Below, one piece after another: positions 26,210-37,845 of a DNA stretch of 64,000 bases. The position numbers and the translations under genes were made by a program. The stretch comes from Podarcis liolepis (taxonomy: Eukaryota). The number at the start of each line of letters is the position of its first letter. The stretch's first letter is position 1. The stretch lies in NCBI GenBank assembly GCA_965112155.1, contig OZ218107.1. One strand, written 5' to 3'. The notes below the pieces were generated by a model. That model saw nothing but the letters and a program-made list of their open reading frames with translations, did not search any database and was not told where the DNA came from.

Positions 26210-26470
26210 GTTTTCTAAGGATTGCATAGTTACTTACCTCCTTGACATCTGATGGGAGGGCGTTGCACAGGGTGGGCGCCACTACCGAGAAGACCCTCTG
26301 TCTCGTTCCCTGTAACCTCACTTCTCACTGTGAGGGAGCCGCCAGAAGACCTTCGGAGCTGGACCTCAGTGTCTGGGCTGAATGACAGGGGTGGAGGCGC
26401 TCCTTCAGGTATACAGGGCCTTGGCCGTTTAGGACGTTATAGGCCAGCACCAACACTTTGAATTGTGCTT
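26210..26470 (-). mobile_element. L2-clade LINE 3' fragment
   Basis: Peptide RLQGTRQRVFSVVAPTLCNALPSDVK (L2 'RAFS..AP.LWN.LP' motif); homologous to 33160-33450. Confidence 0.8.
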
Positions 26471-27817
26471 TGGACCCCTGGTGCGCCTAGTTAGGCCTGC
26501 GAGGTCAGAGGTTCCTCACTCCTGCTTGAGGGGCACGATTTCCATCCCAACAGGTTGGGATTTCTCAGAAAAGCCCCTGCCAGCTCAGTGGTTTAGCACA
26601 TGCTTTCTATTTGAAAGATCCCAGCTTCAGCTGTGGAATGCCCAGTACAGATAATATAGAAAGCGAGATGGACCTATGGTCTGACTTAATATGGGGCACA
26701 TTCCTAAGCTCCCTTTTTGAGGCGTTGCCTAAGAAACAAGAAAGTAACTTAAATTCATTTATACTTGCCATTTCAGCACTTGTCGCGCGCGGCAACATTC
26801 TGACTGCTATGCCGAGAAATAAAAGCGGTTGCTTTTATCCATCTCATACATTATCCAGCCACAGCCAATGTTTTGTTAAGAACTTCATACAAACTTTGTA
26901 GTGACTTTCCTTGGTGAGTTTTAAAAAAAAAATCAGATGCAGATTTGGTCACATTTTCAGTCTGTGTCAAATTTTGGTTTCAGCATCTTAAGAAAAGAAT
27001 GTACTGTATTAAATAAGCATGTATTTATCCACAGCAGATATTGCCTTCCACAATTATATCTGCTTCTAAAATAGAATAAATAAATTCTCCCCCAAACCGT
27101 TACTATGGAATGAAATAACAAAGGTTCCTGTCAAGTCATTATGTCATATTGTTGTTTTTCCATGAATATGAATCCAATAATGAAGTCTTAACGTTATCAG
27201 TAAGCAAGCTAAAGTGAGGTACAGTAATAGTATCTAGTGAAATAACATTTTCATTTTTAAAAAAACCCCAAAAACTAAAACCAACATTTCTGTTTATGTC
27301 TGTCACAGTTTGAGTTAATTGTTTATTTACGCTATTGGTTCTGATTTTTCTTCTGGTGAAAATGTGCACAGTATTGCCTACAATATATACCTGTATAACT
27401 TCCCCAAAGTGGTCTAAAGTTACCTTAATTAATGTGGGTGAGTTTTCCTCATTAAAAACAACGTAAAATGCCCCATAAGTGGTATTTATGGAACCCTGCT
27501 TACGGAAAGTGGGAGATATCAAAGTTGTCGCCGGGGTCCCTTAGCCTGTCACGTCTACTTTCCCAGGGAAATTACATTTCTATTTTCCTTTGGCACTTCA
27601 GAAAAATATCCCCAAAATGTTCAATGCCTTTAATTTAATGAATGCAATATTTTAAATGGAATATATTGAAAATGTAAAGGAACCCTGCGTGCCTTTTTCC
27701 CAATATGATTAATATTTTATTTTTTAAGAAAAGCAAATTAAAGAAAAATCCCCAACCTAAGGTCAACAGTGCCTGTTTAAGGGAACTATCATATTCTATT
27801 CTCTTCAATGCCCTGTC

Positions 27818-28633
27818 NNNNNNNNNNNNNNNNNNNNNNNNNNNNNNNNNNNNNNNNNNNNNNNNNNNNNNNNNNNNNNNNNNNNNNNNNNNNNNNNNNN
27901 NNNNNNNNNNNNNNNNNNNNNNNNNNNNNNNNNNNNNNNNNNNNNNNNNNNNNNNNNNNNNNNNNNNNNNNNNNNNNNNNNNNNNNNNTTGAGAGAACAT
28001 CATGGACTTTTCACAGAAACTGAGAAGGGCCACAGGGNNNNNNNNNNNNNNNNNNNNNNNNNNNNNNNNNNNNNNNNNNNNNNNNNNNNNNNNNNNNNNN
28101 NNNNNNNNNNNNNNNNNNNNNNNNNNNNNNNNNNNNNNNNNNNNNNNNNNNNNNNNNNNNNNNNNNNNNNNNNNNNNNNNNNNNNNNNNNNNNNNNNNNN
28201 NNNNNNNNNNNNNNNNNNNNNNNNNNNNNNNNNNNNNNNNNNNNNNNNNNNNNNNNNNNNNNNNNNNNNNNNNGAGAGGAGGGTGCGGATTCACTCATCC
28301 CNNNNNNNNNNNNNNNNNNNNNNNNNNNNNNNNNNNNNNNNNNNNNNNNNNNNNNNNNNNNNNNNNNNNNNNNNNNNNNNNNNNNNNNNNNNNNNNNNNN
28401 NNNNNNNNNNNNNNNNNNNNNNNNNNNNNNNNNNNNNNNNNNNNNNNNNNNNNNNNNNNNNNNNNNNNNNNNNNNNNNNNNNNNNNNNNNNNNNNNNNNN
28501 NNNNNNNNNNNNNNNNNNNNNNNNNNNNNNNNNNNNNNNNNNNNNNNNNNNNNNNNNNNNNNNNNNNNNNNNNNNNNNNNNNNNNNNNNNNNNNNNNNNN
28601 NNNNNNNNNNNNNNNNNNNNNNNNNNNNNNNNN
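27818..28633. other. Three N-runs (27818-27988, 28038-28273, 28302-28633) separated by 49-bp and 28-bp islands
   Basis: Directly visible. Confidence 0.99.
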
Positions 28634-30153
28634 TGTTTTTTTTTATTGAAAAGAAAAAGAAGAAAAAAAAATTAGCCACATAAATAAAATCAGGAGTAAT
28701 AAAGGGAATCAATCAGCAAGAAAGATGTACAGCAATATACAGCATAAAATTTTAAAGAAGAATCAGAGTAATATTGTATATGAAAGGTGATTAAATGTTA
28801 GCATATGATTATACTGCCATTGCATATTATTATCAAAGAATGTTTAATTTATACCCTTTTTTCAAATTATAGGTAGTTGTGCAAAAGGTTTTCTCTCTCC
28901 CCCCCCCCCCCCGTTCTAGACCTCCCACCCAAACCGGAAACCATTTATGCTGGAGATTTGAGGTCCTGAATTAATTACATTTGATATCCTAAGTACATTA
29001 GTTTTTTGGCAGCCTACAAGCACTAATAATGGAGAAGGGCTGTTGTCAGTCAATTGATAGTCGCGATTCCGCTCCTGCCTCCTCTGTTTTGCTTCCCAAC
29101 TTGCAGGGAGAAAACAGCATCTGCCAGGCAGTGGGTTTAACAAGCATCCTCTCGTGAGAAGCACATTAAAACAAAACAGAAAGGAAAAGGTGCTACAACG
29201 CAGAAGCAAACACAGCAAATTGGTGGAAATAAGTTGCTTGTCATGCCTTATATATGGAAACGTTTCCTTGTTTGAGACACCACCTTGATGAGCAACCTGA
29301 TGAGACTTTCTCTCTCTCTTTCTCTTTTTCTCCCTCTTTTGCTTCCCAGGGGTATATGTGATGTTACTTTGTTTTCAGCGCAAGACTGCTGAAGGAGCCC
29401 CTCTCGGTCGCCAGCAAAAGGGCCAGCTCCGCAAATCGTCTCCAAGGTCAGCGCCGTGGGATTTCCATTTGCTTCCTCGATGACAGTGTTGAAACGTCGG
29501 AACAATGGAACCTGACTGCTCAGAACTTCTCAGAGCATATACAGGTAGAAGTTTGCAAGTTTGGGATCATTTGAACTAGCGGTGTTAAAAGCAGCCTGAA
29601 ATTAATCCGGACAACGAGCTTCATCTGTTATTTATGCTAGGTCTGACGCTTAGTGTCAGAAGCACTCCAAAGAATATTTAAACAGACCTTGAATAAAAAA
29701 CACGCACAGGGAAGAATCGGTGTTGTCATCTCTGTAGGATGAATGTAGCGCGTTGCTATTCTGCATTTCCCCCCTCCCCCCATCACTTCTGCTCTTTTTG
29801 AAAATCTCCTTGGCACGCCAGATCACTTCCGCAAGCTCCTGCACGATGAAGTTCTTTCTGTGCTAAACATCACCTCGTAGGTAGTGAGCTCAGCGCCCTT
29901 TCTGGCGTGCCTCAGGAGACAACTAACTACAAAGCGAAGCATACAAGGTCTGGAGTCCACTAAGAGACACTTCACACACGGCCTTCGCCTGCCCCCACAG
30001 ATTTTTCTGGGTAGGGGGAAATAGTTTTTAGAAAGACTTAATGTGTGAAGGAGGCACATGATTGTATGTGTTGGGGAGAGGTTGACTTCCAAAATGTGAA
30101 CCACAGCAAAATATGATCACACATTTCCTCCCCATGAATTAACATATGCATAT

Positions 30154-30439
30154 TGAATCCCCGCGACGGGGTGAGCTCCCATTGCTTGGTCCCTGCTCCT
30201 GCCAACCTAGCAGTTCGAAAGCACGTCAAAGTGCGAGTAGATTAATAGGTACCGCTCTGGCGGGAAGGTAGACGGCGTTTCCGTGCGCTGCTCTGGTTCG
30301 CCAGAAGTGGCTTAGTCATGCTGGCCACATGACCCGGAAGCTGTACGCCGGCTCCCTCGGCCAATAAAGCGAGATGAGCGCCGCAACCCCAGAGTCGGCC
30401 ACGACTGGACCTAATGGTCAGGGGTCCCTTTACCTTTAC
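30154..30439 (+). mobile_element. Sauria SINE, 5'-truncated
   Basis: Starts within box B; canonical body and ACCTTT tail. Confidence 0.93.
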
Positions 30440-30690
30440 TTTCTCCCTTCTCCCAGTGCTTTTCATGCATAGGGATAATGGCCGCATCATGGCCTCTCAC
30501 TGACATGGGGGAGCCTTTCTTTGTGTCCGCACATTTTGCTTTATTCAGTGCTAGTTCAAATTGAAACAGCATTCACACTGTGGCAGCACAACTCAGAGAA
30601 GCAATGAGTGGGGACAGTGAGCAAGCCAGCAAGCCTAGCCATCTTTGAGCTTCGCTGTTGCCACCAAGTGGATATCTTTAGCCCTCAGTA

Positions 30691-31081
30691 GGGACGCTGG
30701 TGGTGCTGTGGTCTAAACCACTGAGCCTCTTGGGCTTGCCGATCGGAAGGTCGGCAGTTCAAATCCCTGTGACGAGGTGAGCTCCCGATGCTCTGTCCCA
30801 GCTGCTGCCGACCTAGCAGTTCAAAAGCACACCAGTGCAAGTAGATAAATAGGTACCACTGCGGTGGGAAGGTAAATGGCATTTCCGTGCGCTCTGGTTT
30901 CCGTCACGGTGTTCTGTTGCACCAGAAGCAGTTTAGTCATGCTGGCCACATGACCCAGAAAGCTGTCTGTGGACAAACGCCCACTCCCTCGGCCTGAAAG
31001 CGAGATGAGCGCCACACCCCATAGTCGTCTTTGACTGGACCTAACCATCCAGAGGTCCTTGGTTGCTTCTACCTCTGGTGT

Positions 31082-31139
<58 letters not shown>
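30691..31139 (+). mobile_element. Sauria SINE with alternative 3' tail ending in (ATT)n
   Basis: Canonical head and body; ends ggtccttggttgcttctacctctggtgtg(tat)n instead of ACCTTT. Confidence 0.9.
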
Positions 31140-31140
<1 letters not shown>

Positions 31141-31242
31141 GCTAAGGTTTGAGCAATGCACCATACAAACAAAAATAAATAAAAATAACAGGAAAACACA
31201 TCAGTGCTCAGTTCTGTTTTTTGAATCCTGTATCTTCCATAG

Positions 31243-31368
31243 CAAGGGTGTCTCCCCAATGTTGCTGGACTCCGACTCCTGTCATCCCTGACCATTGGCC
31301 ATGCTGGATGTGCTTGATGGGAGTTGAATCCCAACAACATCTGGAGGGCCACAGTTTTCCTGTACCTG
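31243..31368. mobile_element. Degenerate palindromic squamate hAT-like MITE (similar relics near 37245-37375, 43460-43523, 63068-63198)
   Basis: Palindromic core ggact.caactccc.tcatccct...gatgggagttg.a.tcc and catctggagggccaca end. Confidence 0.6.
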
Positions 31369-31872
31369 CACTACAGTCTGGCTGGCTGCTTTCAGTTCTG
31401 TCTTAAATAATTTTCTCCCTCTTCCAAATAAGTCTTGCTCAGAGGACTTGAAGCACTAGCTGAGCAGGACTTAAGTCTGCTATGTGTTCTGAAAATGTTG
31501 AGAGTGAGCTTGGAATGGAAGTAAGCCTAATGAAATCCCATGTCTCCCAGCTTAATTGATATCTTAAATGTTTATCTAACTGGGCTGGCATCCTATACCT
31601 TTCGGAATGAAATGTCATTGCACTCTAGTGATTATTGTGAGTGCAGCTGAGGTTTATTTTTCCTTCTGTGTATGTAGTCCTTTGGCTTCCATAGGCATGT
31701 GGGTGGTTCCATCACACAGTGTGCCAAGCCGAGGGGGCATGTAACCGAGAAGATCCATTTGGGGGGAACCAATCTTGGCCTCGCACAATATTGCGAAAGA
31801 TTACCAAAGTCAGTCCCTGCCATAGGTGATAGTAGGCTTCAGCTGCCCATGCAGTCTACTGGATTGCAGGGT

Positions 31873-32000
31873 TAAGAACATAAGGAGATCCTGCTACATC
31901 AGGCCTGTGGACCAACTAGTTGCACATCCTGTTGTCACAGTGGCAAACAAGATGCCTATGGGAAACCCAATAGCAGGACCTGAATGCAACAGCGATTCTC
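31873..32000 (-). mobile_element. Old CR1-like 3' fragment
   Basis: aagaacataag...catcaggcc...catcctgtt.tcacagtggc.aac.agatgcctatgggaa; similar to 51177-51290. Confidence 0.55.
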
Positions 32001-33159
32001 CCTCCAGCAACTGTTAGTCTACCACCCACAGTGGAGGATTGTTTTTCTAATGGTTAATTGAATTCTTTATCCCCCTGCATTCCAAAACCTCTTCATTTGG
32101 TCTTTGATTTTAACTCGTGTGTCCACTTTATTTAACCCACCCATCTACCTTATTTTAGTATTATTTTTTTAAGGGCAGAAAAGAAGAGAGAGATCTATTC
32201 ATAAGTAATATGAATCACCTCATACATTAAAAAAAGGACCAAATGTTCATCATGAATGATTAAAACAGCACGCAGCCATAATGCTTTGAAATCCAACAAT
32301 ATTTTGCACAGTATGTACATGTGGTTTATTAGGTGAAATTCAGTAAGGTGAGTGCTCTGTAGCACTTTTCTAGTCTGTTTTTGCAGCTGGATAATCCATC
32401 ACATTCAGCTTTTCCCACTTCAACCAGTGCTTGTTATAACTCCTCATTTTGTGTCCAAGTGTTAAGATGATGGACAGCATTTGCTGATTCAAATTTATCT
32501 GTGCATTAAAGAGAGAGAGAGAGAGTTGGATATCAGCTTTCAGATGCCCAAGTTCTTTGCCCTTGTTGACGTGCTTCCCTTTCTGGTTTTGGCATTTATT
32601 CACATGAATTATTTTGTTAAAAATATAGAATTTATGAATTACTAGAACACAGGATGAAAATAACCATTTGTGCAACCATTTTATATATAGCCATTATATA
32701 TAAAAACAATGAACTCTGTTCTCTGACTGTGGATCCTTATGTAGTCAAAATGGTTCCATCCCCCCAAACAAGAGGGAGGTATCAGTGGACTAAGGATACC
32801 CCAATGATTGCAGAAGTACTAAACAAAAATTATAGGGGGGGGGGGAATCCAGCTCATTAAAGACTGTGGATGTGAAGAGGCCATTGAATGTTTGCTTGCC
32901 ATTTTGTTGGAGTGGACAAAATAGGGAAAGGTGGATGGAATGGCATATCCTGAAAGTGGGCACAGTTGGCTGGCTGAACAACAACATGACAATTTTTGTT
33001 GCAGGTCGAACAAGACCCCTTTCTTTGCTCATCAGTGTCTCAAGAATCAGCCCTACACTTTGCTGGACTCTGAACCAAAGGAATGGGTGAGCGATTTCAG
33101 TTGAACTCAACTCTTGCAGATGGCGCAGAACTCAAATTCCTCACTTTGTTCTCAGCGTC

Positions 33160-33450
33160 TCCACTCCCATCGTTCTGCCCGGACACTGAGGTCCAGCTCC
33201 GAGGGCCTTCTGGCAGTTCCCTCACTGCAAGAAGTGAGGTTACAGGGAACAAGGCAGAGGGCCCTGTGGCACGCCCTCCCACCAGATGTCAAGGAAATAA
33301 ACCATCACCTGACTTTTAGAAGACATCTGAAGGCAACAGTGTATAGAGAATTTTTTAATGTTTGATGTTTTATTGTGTTTTTAATATTCTGTCGGGAGCC
33401 GCACAGAGTGGCTAGGGAAACCCAGTCAGATGGGCGGTGTATAATTAATA
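33160..33450 (+). mobile_element. L2-clade LINE 3' end
   Basis: SARTLRSSSEGLLAVP...RLQGTRQRALWHALPPDVKE...TFRRHLK; 3' end cccagtcagatgggcgg.gtataa.taataa. Confidence 0.82.
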
Positions 33451-33815
33451 AGTTGTTGTTATCTTGCTCCAAGACTAGGTATATCCCTCCCCTAGTCTTC
33501 CTTTTACTGTGGCACATTGCTATTCTCCCTCTCTAGGCTTTTGGGTAGTTAGGGACTCTTTCAATCTTTAGGACTAAGTTGTGTGTATGCATTGAATGAT
33601 TATTTGCTGCCTTTGTTACAATATTTGTAACCTTATTGTCTTAAGCAGCACCCATATACTTTGTCCCTTTCATCTCTGTGTAATAAACCAATCTTTTTTT
33701 CTATTTGCTGGTGTGGCAAGTTATTTAGTAGGCATGGGGCTTAAAGTATATACACACATTCTTAATGGACATAGATCCTGACTCTACTCAAAAGGTTCCA
33801 TTCCTCCAAAGTCGA

Positions 33816-33888
33816 GATTCCTGCATTGCAGGACCAGAAGACCATTGGGTCTCTTCCAACTCTACAGTTCTATGATTCTGTGATTCTA
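33816..33888 (+). mobile_element. CR1 3' tail fragment
   Basis: ggtctcttccaactctacagttctatgattctgtgattcta. Confidence 0.7.
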
Positions 33889-34020
33889 AGAGGGAACACT
33901 GGGTCTCTGCATGTGATGGACATGTCTGTGACTTCAGATGTACATCTCCTAACACAATGCTGGGTATTTTTTACCGTGGCACAATGAAGTTATAAACACA
34001 TGCAGGGCTTCCTTTGTGGT

Positions 34021-34268
34021 GCCAGTGTGGTGTAGTGGTTAAGAGCGGTGGACTCGTAATCTGGTGAACTGGGTTCAATTCCCTGCTCCTCCACATGCAG
34101 CTGCTGGGTGACCTTGGGCCAGTCACACTTATCTGAGGTCTCTCAGCCCCACTCACCTCACAGAGTGTTTGTTGTGGGGGAGGAAGGGAAAGGAGAATGT
34201 TAGCCGCTTTGAGACTCCTTAGGGTAGTGATAAAGCAGGATATCAAATCCAAACTCTTCTTCTTCTTC
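34021..34268 (+). mobile_element. tRNA-derived SINE with (TTC)n tail
   Basis: Box A TGGTGTAGTGG, box B GGTTCAATTCC, gggtgaccttgggccagtcac core, (TTC)n end. Confidence 0.85.
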
Positions 34269-34523
34269 TTTGATGCGTTTGTTGCTGCAGGTTTGACACC
34301 CAGTGAGGCAACGAAAGAGTGCCATGGATCACCATCCTGTTTCAGCTCTTGTAGCAAAATGTCAGGAGTAGGTCAGCAATAAAAAACACTGGTGTCAGTG
34401 AAGTCAATGCAAAGTAACCAAAACAGCGCAGACCTAGTGATCACAGCAACTCTTCCCAGTAGGGTGGAATATAAAAAATGTTCTGAAAACGCTTTTTTTT
34501 AAAAAAAGTGTTTTTAAAAAATA

Positions 34524-34749
34524 CAGTAGTACCTCGGGTTATGTACTTAATTCGTTCCAGAGGTCTGTTCTTAACCTGAAACTGTTCTTAACCTAAAGCA
34601 CCACTTTAGCTAATGGGGCCTCCTGCTGCCTCCGAACCACCAGAGCACAATTTCTGTTCTCATCCTGAAGCAAAGTTCTTAACCTGAGCTACTATTTCTG
34701 GGTTAGCGGAGTCTGTAACCTGAAGCGTATGTAACCCAAGGTACCACTG
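34524..34749 (+). mobile_element. TcMar MITE family A
   Basis: TA|CAGTAGTACCTCGGG...GGTACCACTG|TA. Confidence 0.9.
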
Positions 34750-34849
34750 TACATTGAATTTTCTATAAGGCTCACCATCGCCATCTAGTGTCACATTAGT
34801 ATGTTGCACTTAAAATGTTTTATTTGCAGATATGTAGCTCAGTATCAGG

Positions 34850-35311
34850 TCTTGCTCCAAGGAGCCCGCTGCAACGAAAGAAGGTCCCAACTTTCCCACC
34901 GTTCTCTAAGACTCCTTCCCATATCAGCCTAAGACTCCAATTTATTTTCTTTCTTTGCTCCATCATCTTCATCTCTCTGTGTGTTCTGGGAGACCAGTGG
35001 GGAGGGAAGCTGGTCGCAGCAGGAGGGGGAGACTCCCTGGCTTCTTCAGCAGCCTATCTCAACTCTACCTCTTGACCACCTTCTTCTTCTGTCTCTGCTT
35101 CTGGGCTGCTCTTTGCCGCAGCCTCTTCCTGCTCAGTAAACGGTTACCTCTTCAGCTTCCGACACCTCTTCCTCTTCCCAGTTTTCCCCTTCTTCTCCCT
35201 CTGACTGCACATCATCATTCCAGCACCAATTCCCTGGCTTTGAGCCTTCTTCCCTTGGCGGTCTCCCAGCTGCTGCCTGCCTCCACTTCTGCATCCAGCC
35301 AGTCCCTGGCA
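34850..35311 (-). mobile_element. LTR-like element related to family L-A; 3' boundary unresolved
   Basis: Minus strand starts TGCCAGGGACTG (cf. TGTCAGGGACTG at 52008); purine-rich acidic frame ending SPRTHREMKMMEQRKKINWSLRL. Confidence 0.6.
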
Positions 35312-35509
35312 GTCCTTGATTTGCAGTGCAAATCTCCATCATGTGCACAGAGCTCTCACCTGCGTGTGCATACTACTCCTTTCTGCCCTTAAGCAAGGAA
35401 TTCTGCATCCAGTTTCATTACTGCTAAAGGAGGATTAGGCTGCAATCCTCTGGATGTTTTCCTGGGAGAAACATAGCTGAAATTAGAGTGCCTTTTAAAT
35501 ATATGTATA

Positions 35510-36045
35510 TTTTTTAATCTTTATTGAAAGTTCAAAAAGTACATAATTATATGTGCACTAAACATAGTGAGATGTAAATAAAAGAGAGAAAAAGAGAAAC
35601 AGAACCTGTGTAGAAGGGAAAATAAAGGGGGGAAGGAGGGGAAAACCCCCAAACTGTCTACTTTACAAGGCTGTTATTGTACTTCACCAGACCTTAATTT
35701 ATTACAGTATTTGTAAGAATGGATTCCAAATACCATTGAATTTGTATGTGTTTGTATGCAAGTTGTTCATATGTTGCAAGATTATATAAGCCTTCAATCC
35801 AATCGTAGAAGGGAGCCACATTTTTGTTTTTCCAATTTATCAGGACTAGTCTTTTTTGCTGTGGTGAGGGCACAGAAAGTCCACTCGTGTTGTCCTTTTG
35901 TAAGGTCCCACATGCCGGGTATATAATTCAAGAGGATATTTTGCTCTGAAAAATGTAAGGTTGTTCCATACAGTTCTGGTGATAGTTTCAGTTGCCTTCT
36001 GCCAAAAACCATTCAATATAGGACAATGAAAAAAGTTTTCGAGAA
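35510..36045 (-). mobile_element. L1-clade LINE 3' fragment (frameshifted ORF2 C-terminus)
   Basis: Joined frames read FFHCPILNGFWQK...ALTTAKRLVLINWKNKNVAPFYDWIEGLYNLATYEQLAY...IWNPFL*, resembling the C-terminus of non-mammalian L1 ORF2; AATAAA and A-rich end. Confidence 0.75.
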
Positions 36046-37402
36046 GCATTTTTTAAGTAAATAATTTGAAATTACACAAATTTCGCAAATATGTCAATAA
36101 TGGGTTCATGTTTTGTTTTGTTTTGCCTCACTGTATTGTAACACAAATGCTTGAGTAAGAATAGCCAAGGTGACTTATTTGTGCGGACAAGAGAAAGTAT
36201 GTATGATCAAGTCAAAGCTAGCAGCAGCATCCATTTAATTCTCATTGATTTTGATGCCTTGTGTTAACTCTCTCCTATTGAAATCAGTGGCACCTAACTG
36301 TGTTTAATCCACTGCCTGGATCAGGCTCCCTTATCTTTAGATGCGTAGGGCTTGGGTGAAGAACGCATTTGCTTGGACCGCCGCATAACGTATTTCCATC
36401 AATAGTCATATGGAAAATGTGCACTTGTGGAAATGAACAAGCATAGAGGGGTAGTTTGAAAAATGCAGAGAATCATATAGAGTGGGAAAGGCCTTGCTGG
36501 ATTGGGAAATAGAAAAAGAGCAAATTAATTCTTTTAATATATTTTAAAAGGCTTTGATGTTATTGTGAATGGGAAGACGGCCTGTTTTCCCTATGGGCTT
36601 CAGATAGCTGGCTGCCACAGGGGTGGAGTGGGTGATAAGTTCTAAAAACCTAGTTAAAACCCTTTCCCCCCCTTCTTAAGATATTTCTTGGCTTCATAAA
36701 CATTTCTAGCTTCTTCTGTTATGCATGTTTTTCCTCAGTGCCTATAGATAAGAGCAAATTGAATAGCAGTGATTGTGCAAAGCTCTCTGTTTTATGTTGC
36801 AAAGGAAGTTTTCAGTGCATCTTTGAAAATTCCCTTCGGTGACAATACGCAGTCAGCATATATCCTTGTGGAAAAAAAGAAGAAAAGATGAAGGTATTAG
36901 CCAATCTGATCTATCTAAATATACCATCAGAACTGAGAAAATAATTTGTCATAAATAATGTATTTTTAAGTCATCATATTTTATTTCTTCCTAGAATTTC
37001 TCTCTCTTTTTGGCGATAGATTTAAATGAAGTAGAAACTCTCCAATGAGTGGATAGGTTCTTTGCTGTAGGTTGTCAAAACTTTTAAACATTCGTAACCT
37101 TGCTTTCTTGCTTTGGAAAAGGAGTTGCTTTTTTTAAAAAAAATGTTTCGGGTGTTTTTCTTTTTAAAGGAACTACTGTACTACCAACTTTCTGAAAATC
37201 AAGAACCTTCTCGCAAAGTCGTAAGAAATGATTGTGGAAGGCAAAGGCAGAGAAGCTGTGGCCCTTCAGACATTGTTGGACTCCTATCAGCCTCAACCAA
37301 CATGGCTGATGGTCAGGGATGGTAAGAGTGGTAGTCCAACAGCATCTGGAGGGTCTTAGATACATTGGTTTGCAGCCCCTTTGAGGTCCCTTATTTTTGG
37401 CG

Positions 37403-37845
37403 GTTAAAGCTATGGTTTTCCCAGTAGTGATGTATGGAAGTGAGAGCTGGACCATAAAGAAGGCTGATCACCAAAGAATTGATGCTTTTGAATTATGGTA
37501 CTGGAGGAGACTCTTGAGAGTCCCATGGACTGCAAGAAGATCAAACCGATCCATTCTTAAGGAAATCAGCCCTGAGTGCTCACTGGAAGGACAGATCCTG
37601 AAGCTGAGGCTCCAATACTTTGGCCGCCTCATGAGAAGAGAAGACTCCCTGGAAAAGACCCTGATGTTGGGAAAGATGGAGGGCACAAGGAGAAGGGGAC
37701 AACAGAGGATGAGATGGTTGGACAGTGTTCTCGAAGCTACAAACATGAGTCTGACCAAACTGCGGGAGACAGTGGAAGACAGAAGTGCCTGGCGTGCTCT
37801 GGTCTATGGGGTCACAAAGAGTCGGACACGACTAAACAACAACAA
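37403..37845 (+). mobile_element. Bov-B LINE 3' fragment
   Basis: ORF 37397..37897 VKAMVFPVVMYGSESW...; (AAC)n tail; 11-bp TSD tatttttggcg. Confidence 0.96.

Noticed and set aside
27635-28712. Long ORFs of about 200 aa (also at 42.3, 57.2, 59.9 and 60.7 kb)
   Set aside because: Artefacts of translating through N-runs
34778-34792. CTCF-like motif cgccatctagtg
   Set aside because: A single short match beside repeats; not supportable without ChIP data
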